From positions 793,303-857,302 of the forward strand of contig CAWJCL010000002.1 of NCBI GenBank assembly GCA_963841425.1: a DNA stretch of 64,000 bases. The letters run 5' to 3'. This document shows, in pieces, positions 50,112 through 59,044 of the stretch; the first letter of the stretch is position 1; the number at the start of each line of letters is the position of its first letter. A model generated the notes under the pieces. The model was not told the origin of the DNA, searched no databases, and worked only from the letters and a program-made list of their open reading frames with translations. The translations under genes and the position numbers were made by a program. This DNA is from an uncultured Actinomycetes bacterium. GTDB taxonomy: Bacteria; Actinomycetota; Thermoleophilia; Gaiellales; Gaiellaceae.

Positions 50112-50822
50112 ATGCCCATACATGTTCGAGCTGAGAAGGGCGACTACGCAGAGGCATGCCTCGTTCCCGGCGATCCTCTGCGCGCCAAGTACATCGCAGA
50201 GAACTTCCTCGACGGAGCCGAGCAAAAGAACTGGGAGCGCGGAATGCTCGGCTACACCGGCACGTTCAACGGCAAGCCCGTCTCCGTGCAGTCCACCGGG
50301 ATGGGCTGCCCGTCAGCCGCGATCGTGATCGAGGAGCTCCACATGCTCGGCGTGAAGCGAATCCTCAGGATCGGCACCTGCGGCGGCCTCCAGCCCGACC
50401 TGAAGCTCGGCGACCTGATCGTCGCCGTCTCGGCCGTCCCGCAGGACGCGACCGCGGTCCACTACCTCGCGGGCGAGGCGCACACGCCGACGGCCGACTG
50501 GGGGCTCGTGCACGGCGCCGTCCATGCGGCGAAGGAGCTCGGCAAGCCCGTGCGCGTCGGGCCGATCGTCTCGAGCGACATCTTCTACGACCCCGACAAG
50601 GGGCGGGCCCAGCGCTGGTCCGACCGGGGCATCCTCGCCGTCGAGATGGAAGCCGCCGTGCTCTTCACGCTCGGGGCGCTGCGCGGCTTCGAGGCGGGCT
50701 GCCTCCTCACGGTCAGCGACGTCGTGGTCGAAGGCGAGTTCGTGCGCATCTCCGACGAGGAGATGAAGGCGGCCGTCGACCAGATGACCGAGCTCGCGCT
50801 CGGCACGGTCACCGCCGGTTGA
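50112..50822 (+). CDS. deoD: purine nucleoside phosphorylase, DeoD type
   Basis: Starts at ATG 50112. GDPLRAKYIAENFL, GMGCPSAAI and VEMEAA align closely with E. coli DeoD. Confidence 0.85.
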   Translation: MPIHVRAEKGDYAEACLVPGDPLRAKYIAENFLDGAEQKNWERGMLGYTGTFNGKPVSVQSTGMGCPSAAIVIEELHMLGVKRILRIGTCGGLQPDLKLGDLIVAVSAVPQDATAVHYLAGEAHTPTADWGLVHGAVHAAKELGKPVRVGPIVSSDIFYDPDKGRAQRWSDRGILAVEMEAAVLFTLGALRGFEAGCLLTVSDVVVEGEFVRISDEEMKAAVDQMTELALGTVTAG

Positions 50823-50825
50823 GTA

Positions 50826-51755
50826 GTGGCTGAACCGGACGCGCTCACCGTCTTCCTCGTCAATCCCGCCTCGGCCAACGGCTCTACGGGACGAGCCTGG
50901 CCCGAGATCGCCCACCGGGCGGCCGCGGCGGGGCTCGATGGCGAGACGCTCTTCAGCGAGGGCCCGGGCGGGATCGCCCGTGTCGCCGAGCGTGCCGCCG
51001 GGATGGGAGCGTCGCGCGTGGTGGTCGTCGGCGGGGACGGGACCTTGAACGAGGCGGTCAACGGCCTCCTCTCCGTCGGCGCCGGGAAGGAGGTCGAGCT
51101 CGCCGTCATCCCGCGCGGGACGGGGACGGACTTCGCGCGGACCTTCGGCATCCCGACGAAGGTCGAGGAGGCGGTCGCGGTCGCACGGCACGGCGCCGTC
51201 CGCGCGATCGACGCGGGCAGGGTCACCTACCGAGCCTGGGAGGGCTCCGAGAGGAGCGCGTTCTTCGCCAACGTCGCGAGCGCCGGGATGAGCGGCGCGG
51301 TGGCCATGCGGGCGAACTCGACGTCGAAGGCGCTCGGCGGCAAGGCGTCTTTCCTCTGGGCGACACTGGCCGTCTTCGCACGCTGGAGAAACGCCGAGGT
51401 CTCGGTGGACGTCGGCGATGAGCATCGCGAGGGCAGCATGCTCGACGTCATCGTCGCCAACTGCGAGTGGGTCGGGGGCGGGATGCACATGACGCCCAAC
51501 GCAAAGCCGGACGACGGCCTCTTCGACGTTCTCCTCATCGGGGATGTGACGAAGCGCGATCTCGTCCAGACCCTGCCGAAGATCTACCGGGGAACGCATC
51601 TCCCGCATCCGAAGGCGGAGGAGCTCCGCGGCGAAACGGTGCGCGTCGATGCCGAGACCCCGCTCCCCGTCGAGCTCGACGGCGAGCAGCCGGGGACGAC
51701 GCCCGCGACCTTCAAGGTCGTGCCGGGCGCCCTCCGCCTGCGCGTCCCCGCCTAG
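50826..51755 (+). CDS. diacylglycerol/lipid kinase family protein (YegS/BmrU-like)
   Basis: Motifs VVVGGDGTLNEAVNGL and GTGTDFAR. Confidence 0.8.
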   Translation: MAEPDALTVFLVNPASANGSTGRAWPEIAHRAAAAGLDGETLFSEGPGGIARVAERAAGMGASRVVVVGGDGTLNEAVNGLLSVGAGKEVELAVIPRGTGTDFARTFGIPTKVEEAVAVARHGAVRAIDAGRVTYRAWEGSERSAFFANVASAGMSGAVAMRANSTSKALGGKASFLWATLAVFARWRNAEVSVDVGDEHREGSMLDVIVANCEWVGGGMHMTPNAKPDDGLFDVLLIGDVTKRDLVQTLPKIYRGTHLPHPKAEELRGETVRVDAETPLPVELDGEQPGTTPATFKVVPGALRLRVPA

Positions 51756-52186
51756 GAGGCGCTCGAGCCGCGTCCGGTGCCGCCGCCGATGGAGCGGCCG
51801 GGCGAGGGCGACGGAGCCTTCTCCGCGTCCTTCTTGACCGTGGTGCGCTTCTTGGCGGTCGGAGCCTTCTTCGTCTCGGCCTTCTTGGCCGTCGTCTTCT
51901 TGGCGGCGGGCTTGCCCTCGTCCGACTCGAGCTTCGCCAGCCGGCGCTCGAGCCGCTCGATCTGCTTGCGTAGCTCTTTGAGCTCGTCACGAGCAGCGAG
52001 CCCGGCCTGGGCGACCGCGCCGCGCGCGCTCTGGTCGATCTTGGTCCTCGCTTCCATGACCTTGCTGAGCGCATCGGTGACGCGTGGGTTCTTGCTCAGC
52101 TCGTCGACGAGCCGGGTGACGGCTTCCTCACCCCGTCCGGCAAGCCGGTTCACCATCCCGCCGTCGCTTGGTTTCTTGCTTGCCAT
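51752..52186 (-). CDS. coiled-coil protein with a Lys/Ala-rich histone-H1-like tail (phasin-like?)
   Basis: Coiled-coil segment ELKELRKQIERLERRLAKLE, followed by PAAKKTTAKKAETKKAPTAKKRTTVKK. Confidence 0.5.
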   Translation of the reverse strand: MASKKPSDGGMVNRLAGRGEEAVTRLVDELSKNPRVTDALSKVMEARTKIDQSARGAVAQAGLAARDELKELRKQIERLERRLAKLESDEGKPAAKKTTAKKAETKKAPTAKKRTTVKKDAEKAPSPSPGRSIGGGTGRGSSAS

Positions 52187-52237
52187 CGCATCCCTCCGTT
52201 CGGTTTCGAAGGGACCTTACCCGCACCTGCGCGGCGG

Positions 52238-53104
52238 CTACGCGTGTGCGAGACGCCTCCTGACCTCGCGGCCGACGAGGAAGCCGAGGCCGAGCAGGAT
52301 CAATACCGGCGCGGCGACGGCAATGCCGACGAAGAGCCAGCCGACGACCGTGAGGAAGGCGGAGCCCGCCGTCGCCCACGCATCGACGATGCCGAAGCCG
52401 TCATCCTTCGGGACAACGACGCCGAGCTCGTGCACGCTCATCGAGATCGTCGCGAACGCGACCCGATTGTCGAGGTACTGGAGCCGGCCACGCGCCTGCT
52501 CGAGGTCGAGCTGTACCTGGGAGAGCTGGTTCTGGACCGCCAGCGCCGCAGGCACGTCGTCGGCGCGCTGGAGGAGCTCGAGCAGCTGCGCCTCGACGGC
52601 CCGGAGCTGGCGGATCCGCGCGTTCAGGTCGACGAACTCCTTCGAGACGTCCTGGCCGGTCTCTTCGAGCGACTCGACCTTGCCGAGCTCCCGCAGGCGC
52701 GAGAGAGCGCCGTCGTAGCTCTCGGCGGGGATGCGGAGGACGAGCGAGCCCTCGGCAATCCGCTTGCCGCTCCCCTGCGAGGCAAACGACTCGACCACGA
52801 AGCCGCCGAAGGAATCGGCGACCGCGTGCGCCTCGCCCACCTTGTCGTCGAAGCTCCCGTTCGCGATTCCGAGACGGAGACTCGCGGTCTTCACGATCTG
52901 CGGCCCCACCTGCGGGACCGCCGAGGAAGAAACCGGACCGTCGCTCGCCTTCGAGCCGCCTCCGCCCGGGCTCGCCTCGGCCGATCCTTGCGCGACGTCT
53001 CCGCCGCCCCCGGTCGAGCCGGCCGTGCTTTCGGAGCCATCGGAGTTGCAGGCCGCGACGGCGAGTGCGAATACGAGCGGGACGAGCAGCGCCAGCTTCT
53101 TCAT
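52238..53104 (-). CDS. DUF4349 domain lipoprotein
   Basis: Lipobox LAVAAC, a central coiled coil, and a C-terminal TM pair, as in DUF4349. Confidence 0.65.
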   Translation of the reverse strand: MKKLALLVPLVFALAVAACNSDGSESTAGSTGGGGDVAQGSAEASPGGGGSKASDGPVSSSAVPQVGPQIVKTASLRLGIANGSFDDKVGEAHAVADSFGGFVVESFASQGSGKRIAEGSLVLRIPAESYDGALSRLRELGKVESLEETGQDVSKEFVDLNARIRQLRAVEAQLLELLQRADDVPAALAVQNQLSQVQLDLEQARGRLQYLDNRVAFATISMSVHELGVVVPKDDGFGIVDAWATAGSAFLTVVGWLFVGIAVAAPVLILLGLGFLVGREVRRRLAHA

Positions 53105-53163
53105 CTCTGCCTCCTTGGTGACCTTGCTTCGACACCACGCGGGCTGAGAAAGTTCCCGGGCTC

Positions 53164-53583
53164 ATGGAGGGCTACCACTTCTCGGTCGACCTGCGCGTTC
53201 GCTTCAGCGAGACCGACGCGCAGGGAATCGCGAACAACGCCGTCTACTTGAACTGGTTCGAGGTCGCGCGCGTCACCTACCTCGCACGCTTTCCGGGCGG
53301 CTACCGCGGGCTCATCGAATCGGGAGTGGAGGCGCTCACGATCGAGGCCTACGTCCGCTACCTCGCACCGTGCGGCTTCGACGACGAGCTACGGATCCAC
53401 ACGCGCGTGACGCATCTGCGCGGGGCGCGATTTCGCTTCGAGTACGTGGTGGAGCGGGTGAACGAGCCGGAAGCGAAGATCGCCGAAGGCTGGACGGGCC
53501 ACGCCTGCGTCGATGCGACGACGCTGCGCCCGACGCGGATGCCGACCTGGCTGGCCGAAGGGATCGCCGAAGCCGAGCGTTAG
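53164..53583 (+). CDS. acyl-CoA thioesterase (YbgC/4HBT family)
   Basis: Motif RVRFSETDAQGIANNAVYLNWFE. Confidence 0.8.
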   Translation: MEGYHFSVDLRVRFSETDAQGIANNAVYLNWFEVARVTYLARFPGGYRGLIESGVEALTIEAYVRYLAPCGFDDELRIHTRVTHLRGARFRFEYVVERVNEPEAKIAEGWTGHACVDATTLRPTRMPTWLAEGIAEAER

Positions 53584-55475
53584 CGCGTCGTCGTACCGCT
53601 CGAGGTCGTCGCTTGGGTTGTCGTTCCAGTCTTCGTCGGCTTCGTCGTGGTCGACTCCACGGGCGCCGGCTTCGCGCCGACCCGGACGACCTTCGGCTCG
53701 GCGAGGTAGCTCGAGTACCACGTCGTGTCGAAGAGGAGCTTGCCCTTCGCGTCGTAGACGAGCCGGCGCACCGAGACCGAGCGCGAGGGCTGGCCGTACT
53801 CCTCCACGATCTTCTCGCCCACGTAGAGGTCGGGATCGGACACGCGCTTCACCGGAGCCGGCCCCGTCTTCTTGAGAGGCGACGTCTGTGTTTCGACGCG
53901 GCGGTGGAGCGGCGTTCCGAAGAGCCGAACCGTGAGCGACGACGAGCCGACGATGGTGCGGAGGAGGATCCAGTGGTCGGAGTCGTTCTGGAAGGTGAGG
54001 TCGGTGTCCGGGTAGTTGACCGTCGCATCGCGGCCGAGCGGATAGTGGTCGATGTAGAGCGCGTGGTTCGTCCGCGAGGTGATCGGGAGACCCGCGTCGA
54101 AGGCCGCGTTGAAGACCGTCGTCGAGACCTGGCAGACGCCGCCGCCGAGACCGGTCTCGAGCTCGCCGTTGATGATCACCGGCGCCTCGAGGAAGCCCTG
54201 GGCCGCGTTCCGCTCGCCGGTCGTCTTGTTGAAGGAGAACGTCGAGTGCGGCGCGATCATGTGCCGGTCGATGAGGCGCGCGACGAGCTGCACGTTGTGG
54301 ATCCGGTTGGCGTCGCCACCGTAGAAGGTCGTGTAGCGCCCGACGAGGCCGGTGATCCCCATGGTCTTCGCGCGCTCGCTCGAAAGCTTCGGCTCGGCGG
54401 TCACGACGACGATCTGCGCGCTGCGGTCGACCGTCCGAAGCGCCGCGGCGAGAAGGGTCTTCTCCGTGGCCTCGACGTCGAGCTTGCGGCCGTCGCGCGA
54501 GGGGATCATGTGCGCCTTCCCCGCGTCGTCGACGCTGAAGTCGACCTCGCGCGGGGCGCGCGCGACTGCCCGGCTCAGGTTGTCGAAGTAGGCCTTGGCC
54601 TCGGGGCCGCCGATGTGGAGCTCGCTCTGGCCGTCGTGCGGCAGCTCCAGGAAGGAGGCGATCTGCTCGGGCGAGACGGTCAGGTGCACGCCCTTGTAGG
54701 CGAGGATCACGGGACCGGAGAGCGCGATGCGTACCTGCTGGGCGACCGCCGCGAGCGCGTCTTCTCCCACGGCCGGAGGCGTGATCTTGATCGGCAAGGC
54801 GACCGGCCCTTCGCGCTCGAGAGCGGCGAGGGCGGCCACCATCGTCTTCGCGGCTGCGTCAGCGTCGAGGCTTCGGGTGGCCTCCCCGGGGATCACGACC
54901 GGCTCTCCATTGCGAAGCACGATCGCCGCCTCGCGCCCGTCCACGCCGACCTGCTTCGAGATCACGCGCAGCTGGCGCTCGAGTGCAGCCTCGTCGGCGC
55001 GCGCCGTCGGCCCGACGTCGGAGCCGAAGAGACGAAGCTCCAGGCGCTGGAGCCCGCGGAACGGCGCCGTTCCGTCCCCGCGGTCAAGAGCCTCCACCGA
55101 GGCGGCGCCCCAGTCGCCGCGGACGGCGAGCTGCGCCGGCGCGATCGACCAGCGGCGGCCGGCGCCCGTGAAGACGACCGGCTCGGTGGCGAGCGCATGG
55201 GCCCGCGCGTCGAGCTTGGCCTGGGCCTCGGCTGCGGAGAGGCCGCCGACGTCCTGGCCCGAGACCGTGACGCCGTCGGCGACCACGTCGGGGGACCCCG
55301 AGTAGGCGAAGCCCACGACGAGCACTGCGAGGAGGAGGACTCCGACGCCGGCGACGATCGTCTTCCACCTGCGCCGGACCACGCCAAAACGGTCCCGCCG
55401 CGCACGGGACTTCCGGCCCTTACGGACCGAACCGACGCCGGCCTCCGCCCTCATCGAACGGCTCGACTCTAGCAA
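53580..55475 (-). CDS. VanW family protein with an N-terminal membrane anchor and a C-terminal G5-like domain
   Basis: VanW core sequence (FSFNKTTGERNAAQGF...GGGVCQVSTTVFNAA). The start is uncertain (TTG 55475 or ATG 55454). Confidence 0.8.
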   Translation of the reverse strand: MLESSRSMRAEAGVGSVRKGRKSRARRDRFGVVRRRWKTIVAGVGVLLLAVLVVGFAYSGSPDVVADGVTVSGQDVGGLSAAEAQAKLDARAHALATEPVVFTGAGRRWSIAPAQLAVRGDWGAASVEALDRGDGTAPFRGLQRLELRLFGSDVGPTARADEAALERQLRVISKQVGVDGREAAIVLRNGEPVVIPGEATRSLDADAAAKTMVAALAALEREGPVALPIKITPPAVGEDALAAVAQQVRIALSGPVILAYKGVHLTVSPEQIASFLELPHDGQSELHIGGPEAKAYFDNLSRAVARAPREVDFSVDDAGKAHMIPSRDGRKLDVEATEKTLLAAALRTVDRSAQIVVVTAEPKLSSERAKTMGITGLVGRYTTFYGGDANRIHNVQLVARLIDRHMIAPHSTFSFNKTTGERNAAQGFLEAPVIINGELETGLGGGVCQVSTTVFNAAFDAGLPITSRTNHALYIDHYPLGRDATVNYPDTDLTFQNDSDHWILLRTIVGSSSLTVRLFGTPLHRRVETQTSPLKKTGPAPVKRVSDPDLYVGEKIVEEYGQPSRSVSVRRLVYDAKGKLLFDTTWYSSYLAEPKVVRVGAKPAPVESTTTKPTKTGTTTQATTSSGTTTR

Positions 55476-55495
55476 CCGCCGCCAGGCGGCCAGAT

Positions 55496-56227
55496 TCAGG
55501 GAGCGGGCGCGAGCGCGACGCGCACTTGCGCGATGCAGGTGAGGGAGCCGTCCTTCTCCGAGAAGTCAACGGCCTCTAGCGTGCCAGGCTGAGCATCGGC
55601 CACGGAGTACGGCACGATCCGGTGCCAGTGACCGGCGGTGGCCGTCACCCCCCGGCTACGAAGCACCTTGCCGTGCCGGTCGCGCACAGCGGCGGTGAAC
55701 ATGTGCTCGAAGACGTCGCTCTCGCTGCCGTTCGCAGCGATGCGGCCGGGAGCCTCGGTGAAGTTGTCGATGCTGAGACAACCGCCCTGCGGGGCCACTG
55801 GGAACTCGGCTGCCGACCGAGGTGGGCGCGCTCGCCACAGATCGATCACGAGCCGCTGGGGTGAATGGAGCACGCTGTATTCCAGATACTTGAACCGGTG
55901 CAGCTTGGGGACGAGCTTGACCAGGATCGATCCTGACTCCTGCTTGATCCGCACCGACCAAAGCCGCTTGGAGGACGCTCGGTGCGCGGTTGTCGCGATG
56001 CCAGGAGCAGTCACCCGCACCTTGGCCAAGCCGCCGTAGGGAAGCGGGTCCGGCGATTCGACATCGTTCAGATGGAGCGTTCCGCCGGTGAAGTCGACGA
56101 CAACACGGTCAAACGCGGGATGCGCGCCGATCCGGATCTGCTTGGCCGTCAGGGCGGCCGAGGCGGCGGCGGGCAGGACCCAGGCAACCGCGAGGGCGAG
56201 CGCCGCGACGAGCAGAAACCGTCTCAC
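55496..56227 (-). CDS. secreted protein, AMIN-like plus Gmad2/Ig-like domains (tentative)
   Basis: GTG 56227 gives signal peptide RRFLLVAALALAVAWVLPAAASA. The domain calls are by resemblance only. Confidence 0.45.
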   Translation of the reverse strand: MRRFLLVAALALAVAWVLPAAASAALTAKQIRIGAHPAFDRVVVDFTGGTLHLNDVESPDPLPYGGLAKVRVTAPGIATTAHRASSKRLWSVRIKQESGSILVKLVPKLHRFKYLEYSVLHSPQRLVIDLWRARPPRSAAEFPVAPQGGCLSIDNFTEAPGRIAANGSESDVFEHMFTAAVRDRHGKVLRSRGVTATAGHWHRIVPYSVADAQPGTLEAVDFSEKDGSLTCIAQVRVALAPAP

Positions 56228-56258
56228 AGGCCTAGGAAAGCACCCCCATCGCTCCGGC

Positions 56259-57182
56259 TCAAGGGACCTCACCAAGTCCTACCCGGTGCCGGAAGGCCAG
56301 CACGCGGCGCACGTGCTCGTCCAGAAGCCCGCGGCCCGCGAGCGGAACGAGCGCCTCGATCACTCTGGCCGCATCCGGCCCGTTCGTGAGCAAGACGAGG
56401 TCGGCACCGGCCCGGACGGCGCGCTTGGCCGACGGGACGGCCGGCTCGCTCCCGAACACCGAGACCGAGTCCGTGATCGCGACTCCGTCGAACCCGAGCC
56501 GGCGCAGGAGCCGGTACGCCGCCGGATTGAACGATGCCCTGCGCTCGGCGCCCACGCGCCGGTAGAAGGCGTGCCCGACCATCACACACGCCGCTCCCTC
56601 CGCGACGGCCTTCCGGAAGGCACGCACCTCGGCGGGCAGCAGGCGCGCGCGGACGTGGGGGTCTTCGTCCGTCGAGAGCCGCGCCGACCCGAGACCCGGG
56701 AAATGCTTGGGGCAGGCGGCCGTGCCTCCTGCGTTCAGGCCGCGCGCGAATGCGAGTGCCTCGGCCGGCTCCGCGAAGTGGCGCGAGCCGAGCGGGCCTC
56801 CGGCGAGATCGAGGACGGGCGCCAGGTCGACGTCGACTCCGGCGCGCTCGAGCGCCGTGCCGGTCGCCCTCCCTGCGGCGAGCGCCTCCTCCGGGCTTTG
56901 GAGCGATGAGGCGGGGCCGCCCGGCGGCAGGTCGTCGAAGGTGCTCGCGCTCCCGCCCTCCTGGTCGACGAAGACGAGCGCGCGGTGCGGGCGCGGCCCG
57001 CGACGGCTCCAACCCTGGACAAGAACGCCCGCGACGCCCTTCGGCGCCGGCAGGCCGGAGACGACGACGAGTGCCGCCTTCTGGCGCGGCGTCAACGTCG
57101 TGAGGGCCTCGTGCCGCGGAGGCTCGCCGCTTCCTCCGGAGGCCAACGCCAGAACGGCCTGGAAGAGCGCGGCGAGACCCAC
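56259..57182 (-). CDS. glycoside hydrolase family 3 N-terminal domain protein (NagZ-like)
   Basis: Motifs VDQEGG, KHFPGLG and AITD. Confidence 0.75.
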   Translation of the reverse strand: MGLAALFQAVLALASGGSGEPPRHEALTTLTPRQKAALVVVSGLPAPKGVAGVLVQGWSRRGPRPHRALVFVDQEGGSASTFDDLPPGGPASSLQSPEEALAAGRATGTALERAGVDVDLAPVLDLAGGPLGSRHFAEPAEALAFARGLNAGGTAACPKHFPGLGSARLSTDEDPHVRARLLPAEVRAFRKAVAEGAACVMVGHAFYRRVGAERRASFNPAAYRLLRRLGFDGVAITDSVSVFGSEPAVPSAKRAVRAGADLVLLTNGPDAARVIEALVPLAGRGLLDEHVRRVLAFRHRVGLGEVP

Positions 57183-57196
57183 GCGACTTAGACTAG

Positions 57197-58414
57197 ATGG
57201 CGATGGATTTCGAGCTCACGCCCGAGCAGCGAGAAGTGCAGGCGACCGTCCGCCAGTTCGTGGACGAGCGCGTGCTGCCGAACGCGATCGAGAACGACAT
57301 CAACCACCACCTGGACCTGGAGGCGATCGCGGGGATGGCCGAGCTCGGCCTCCTCGGCATCGTCATCCCCGAGGAATACGGCGGGGCTGGGCTCGACTTC
57401 GTGTCCGAGGCACTCGTCTGCGAGGAGATCGAGCGCGGCGAGGCGGCCTTCAGGACGCTGATCTCGGTCCACGTCGGGCTGAACTCGCTGACACTCCTCC
57501 GCTACGCCGGCGAGGAGCAGAAACAGCGCTACCTCACCCCGCAGGCGCGTGGCGACAAGCTCGCCTGCTTCGGGCTCACGGAGCCCGCGGCCGGGTCGGA
57601 CGTCGCCGGGATGCTGACGAACGCCCGCCGCGAGGGGGACACGTACATCCTCAACGGCCAGAAGAACTGGATTTCCTACGCGAGCGTCGCCGACCATGCC
57701 CTCGTCTTCGCGAAGACGGATGCCGACGCGAAGCACCGCGGGATCTCGGCGTTCATCGTCGAGCGCGAATGGCCGGGTGTGGCGACCGCGGACACGGAGC
57801 ACAAGCTCGGCATCTGGGCCGGCTCGACCGGCGAGCTCTTCTTCGAAAACGTCGAGGTGCCGGCGGAGAATCTCGTCGGCGAAGAGGGCCAAGGCTTCGA
57901 GATCGCCATGTACGGCCTCGACCAGGGCCGTTTCACGGTCGCCGCGGGCGCATGCGGAGTCATCCGGGCCTGCCTCGAGCAGTCGGTCGCCTACGCGCGC
58001 GAGCGCGAGACCTTCGGCCAGCCGATCGGGAAGAACCAATTCGTCCAGGACATGGTCGCGGAGATGGTGCTCGGCTACGAGACCTCGAAGCTCCTCGTCA
58101 TGCAGGCCGCCTGGCTCAAGGACAAGGGTGTCCGCAACACGCGCGAGACGAGCCTGGCCAAGTGGCATGCGACCGAGTCGGCCTTCCGTGCCGCGCACCT
58201 CGCCATCCAGGTGCACGGCGCCTACGGATACTCCGCCGAGTACGGGATCGAGCGCTACTTCCGGAACGCGCGCGCCCCGATCATCTACGAGGGCACGACC
58301 CAGATCCACAAGATGATGCAGGCCGAGCACGCCCTCGGGTACCGCAACCTGAACGGGCGCGACGGCGACATCTCCCCCCTCGCGTCATGGGGCCCCGCGC
58401 TCTTGGCGCGCTAG
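57197..58414 (+). CDS. acyl-CoA dehydrogenase
   Basis: 405 aa with typical ACAD N, M and C domains (GLTEPAAGSD, YEGTTQIHK). Confidence 0.9.
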   Translation: MAMDFELTPEQREVQATVRQFVDERVLPNAIENDINHHLDLEAIAGMAELGLLGIVIPEEYGGAGLDFVSEALVCEEIERGEAAFRTLISVHVGLNSLTLLRYAGEEQKQRYLTPQARGDKLACFGLTEPAAGSDVAGMLTNARREGDTYILNGQKNWISYASVADHALVFAKTDADAKHRGISAFIVEREWPGVATADTEHKLGIWAGSTGELFFENVEVPAENLVGEEGQGFEIAMYGLDQGRFTVAAGACGVIRACLEQSVAYARERETFGQPIGKNQFVQDMVAEMVLGYETSKLLVMQAAWLKDKGVRNTRETSLAKWHATESAFRAAHLAIQVHGAYGYSAEYGIERYFRNARAPIIYEGTTQIHKMMQAEHALGYRNLNGRDGDISPLASWGPALLAR

Positions 58415-58455
58415 GCAAGGGCACGGTGCGGGGAATCGTCGCCCGTGCGGAGACA

Positions 58456-58543
58456 AGCCTTGTGTTTCACACAACCGGGGGTGTCGAGTGATGAAAACGT
58501 TTCGGCGAGCGGAGCAGACTTTGTGCGCGTGAAACACAAGGCT
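58456..58543 (+). promoter_or_regulatory. 15-bp perfect inverted repeat bracketing a 58-nt spacer; the 3' arm contains the candidate GTG start
   Basis: AGCCTTGTGTTTCAC (58456-58470) pairs with GTGAAACACAAGGCT (58529-58543). Confidence 0.4.
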
Positions 58544-59044
58544 CTGATTTGTGCCGTCGGTGCGGGAGTCGTGGCGCTGCTCGTCTCATTGGCTGTTCCG
58601 GGCACGGCCTACGCTCCGCCGCGCGCGGGCGTGTTCGTGCCCGGCGAGTCGCTCGGAGGAGTGCGGCTGGGGATGACCGAGGACGAGGTCCTCGCCGCCT
58701 GGGGGGACCAGCACGGAGTCTGCCGCGATTGCGACGAGCCCACCTGGTACTTCAACTACAAGCCCTTCGTGCCGCAGGGCACCGGGGTCGTCTTCGAGAA
58801 GGGGCGGGTCGCGCAGGCGTTCACCGTGTGGCGGCCGACCGGTTGGAAGACTCCCGACGGGCTCTTCCTCGCCGCCGACGCCTCGGACGTCGCTCGGATC
58901 TACGGCTCACTCGACAAGCGCCGGTGCGCGCGCTACGAGGCGCTTCTCCTCCCCGGCGAGAAGGTGACGAGCGTCTTCTACGTCTTCCGGGACAAGGTGT
59001 GGGGCTTCGGGCTCATGAGGCCCGACGCGTCCCCCTGTCTCTGA
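58529..59044 (+). CDS. secreted hypothetical protein
   Basis: GTG 58529 gives KHKALICAVGAGVVALLVSLAVPGTAYA as a signal peptide. An alternative in-frame start lies at 58445. Confidence 0.5.
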   Translation: MKHKALICAVGAGVVALLVSLAVPGTAYAPPRAGVFVPGESLGGVRLGMTEDEVLAAWGDQHGVCRDCDEPTWYFNYKPFVPQGTGVVFEKGRVAQAFTVWRPTGWKTPDGLFLAADASDVARIYGSLDKRRCARYEALLLPGEKVTSVFYVFRDKVWGFGLMRPDASPCL

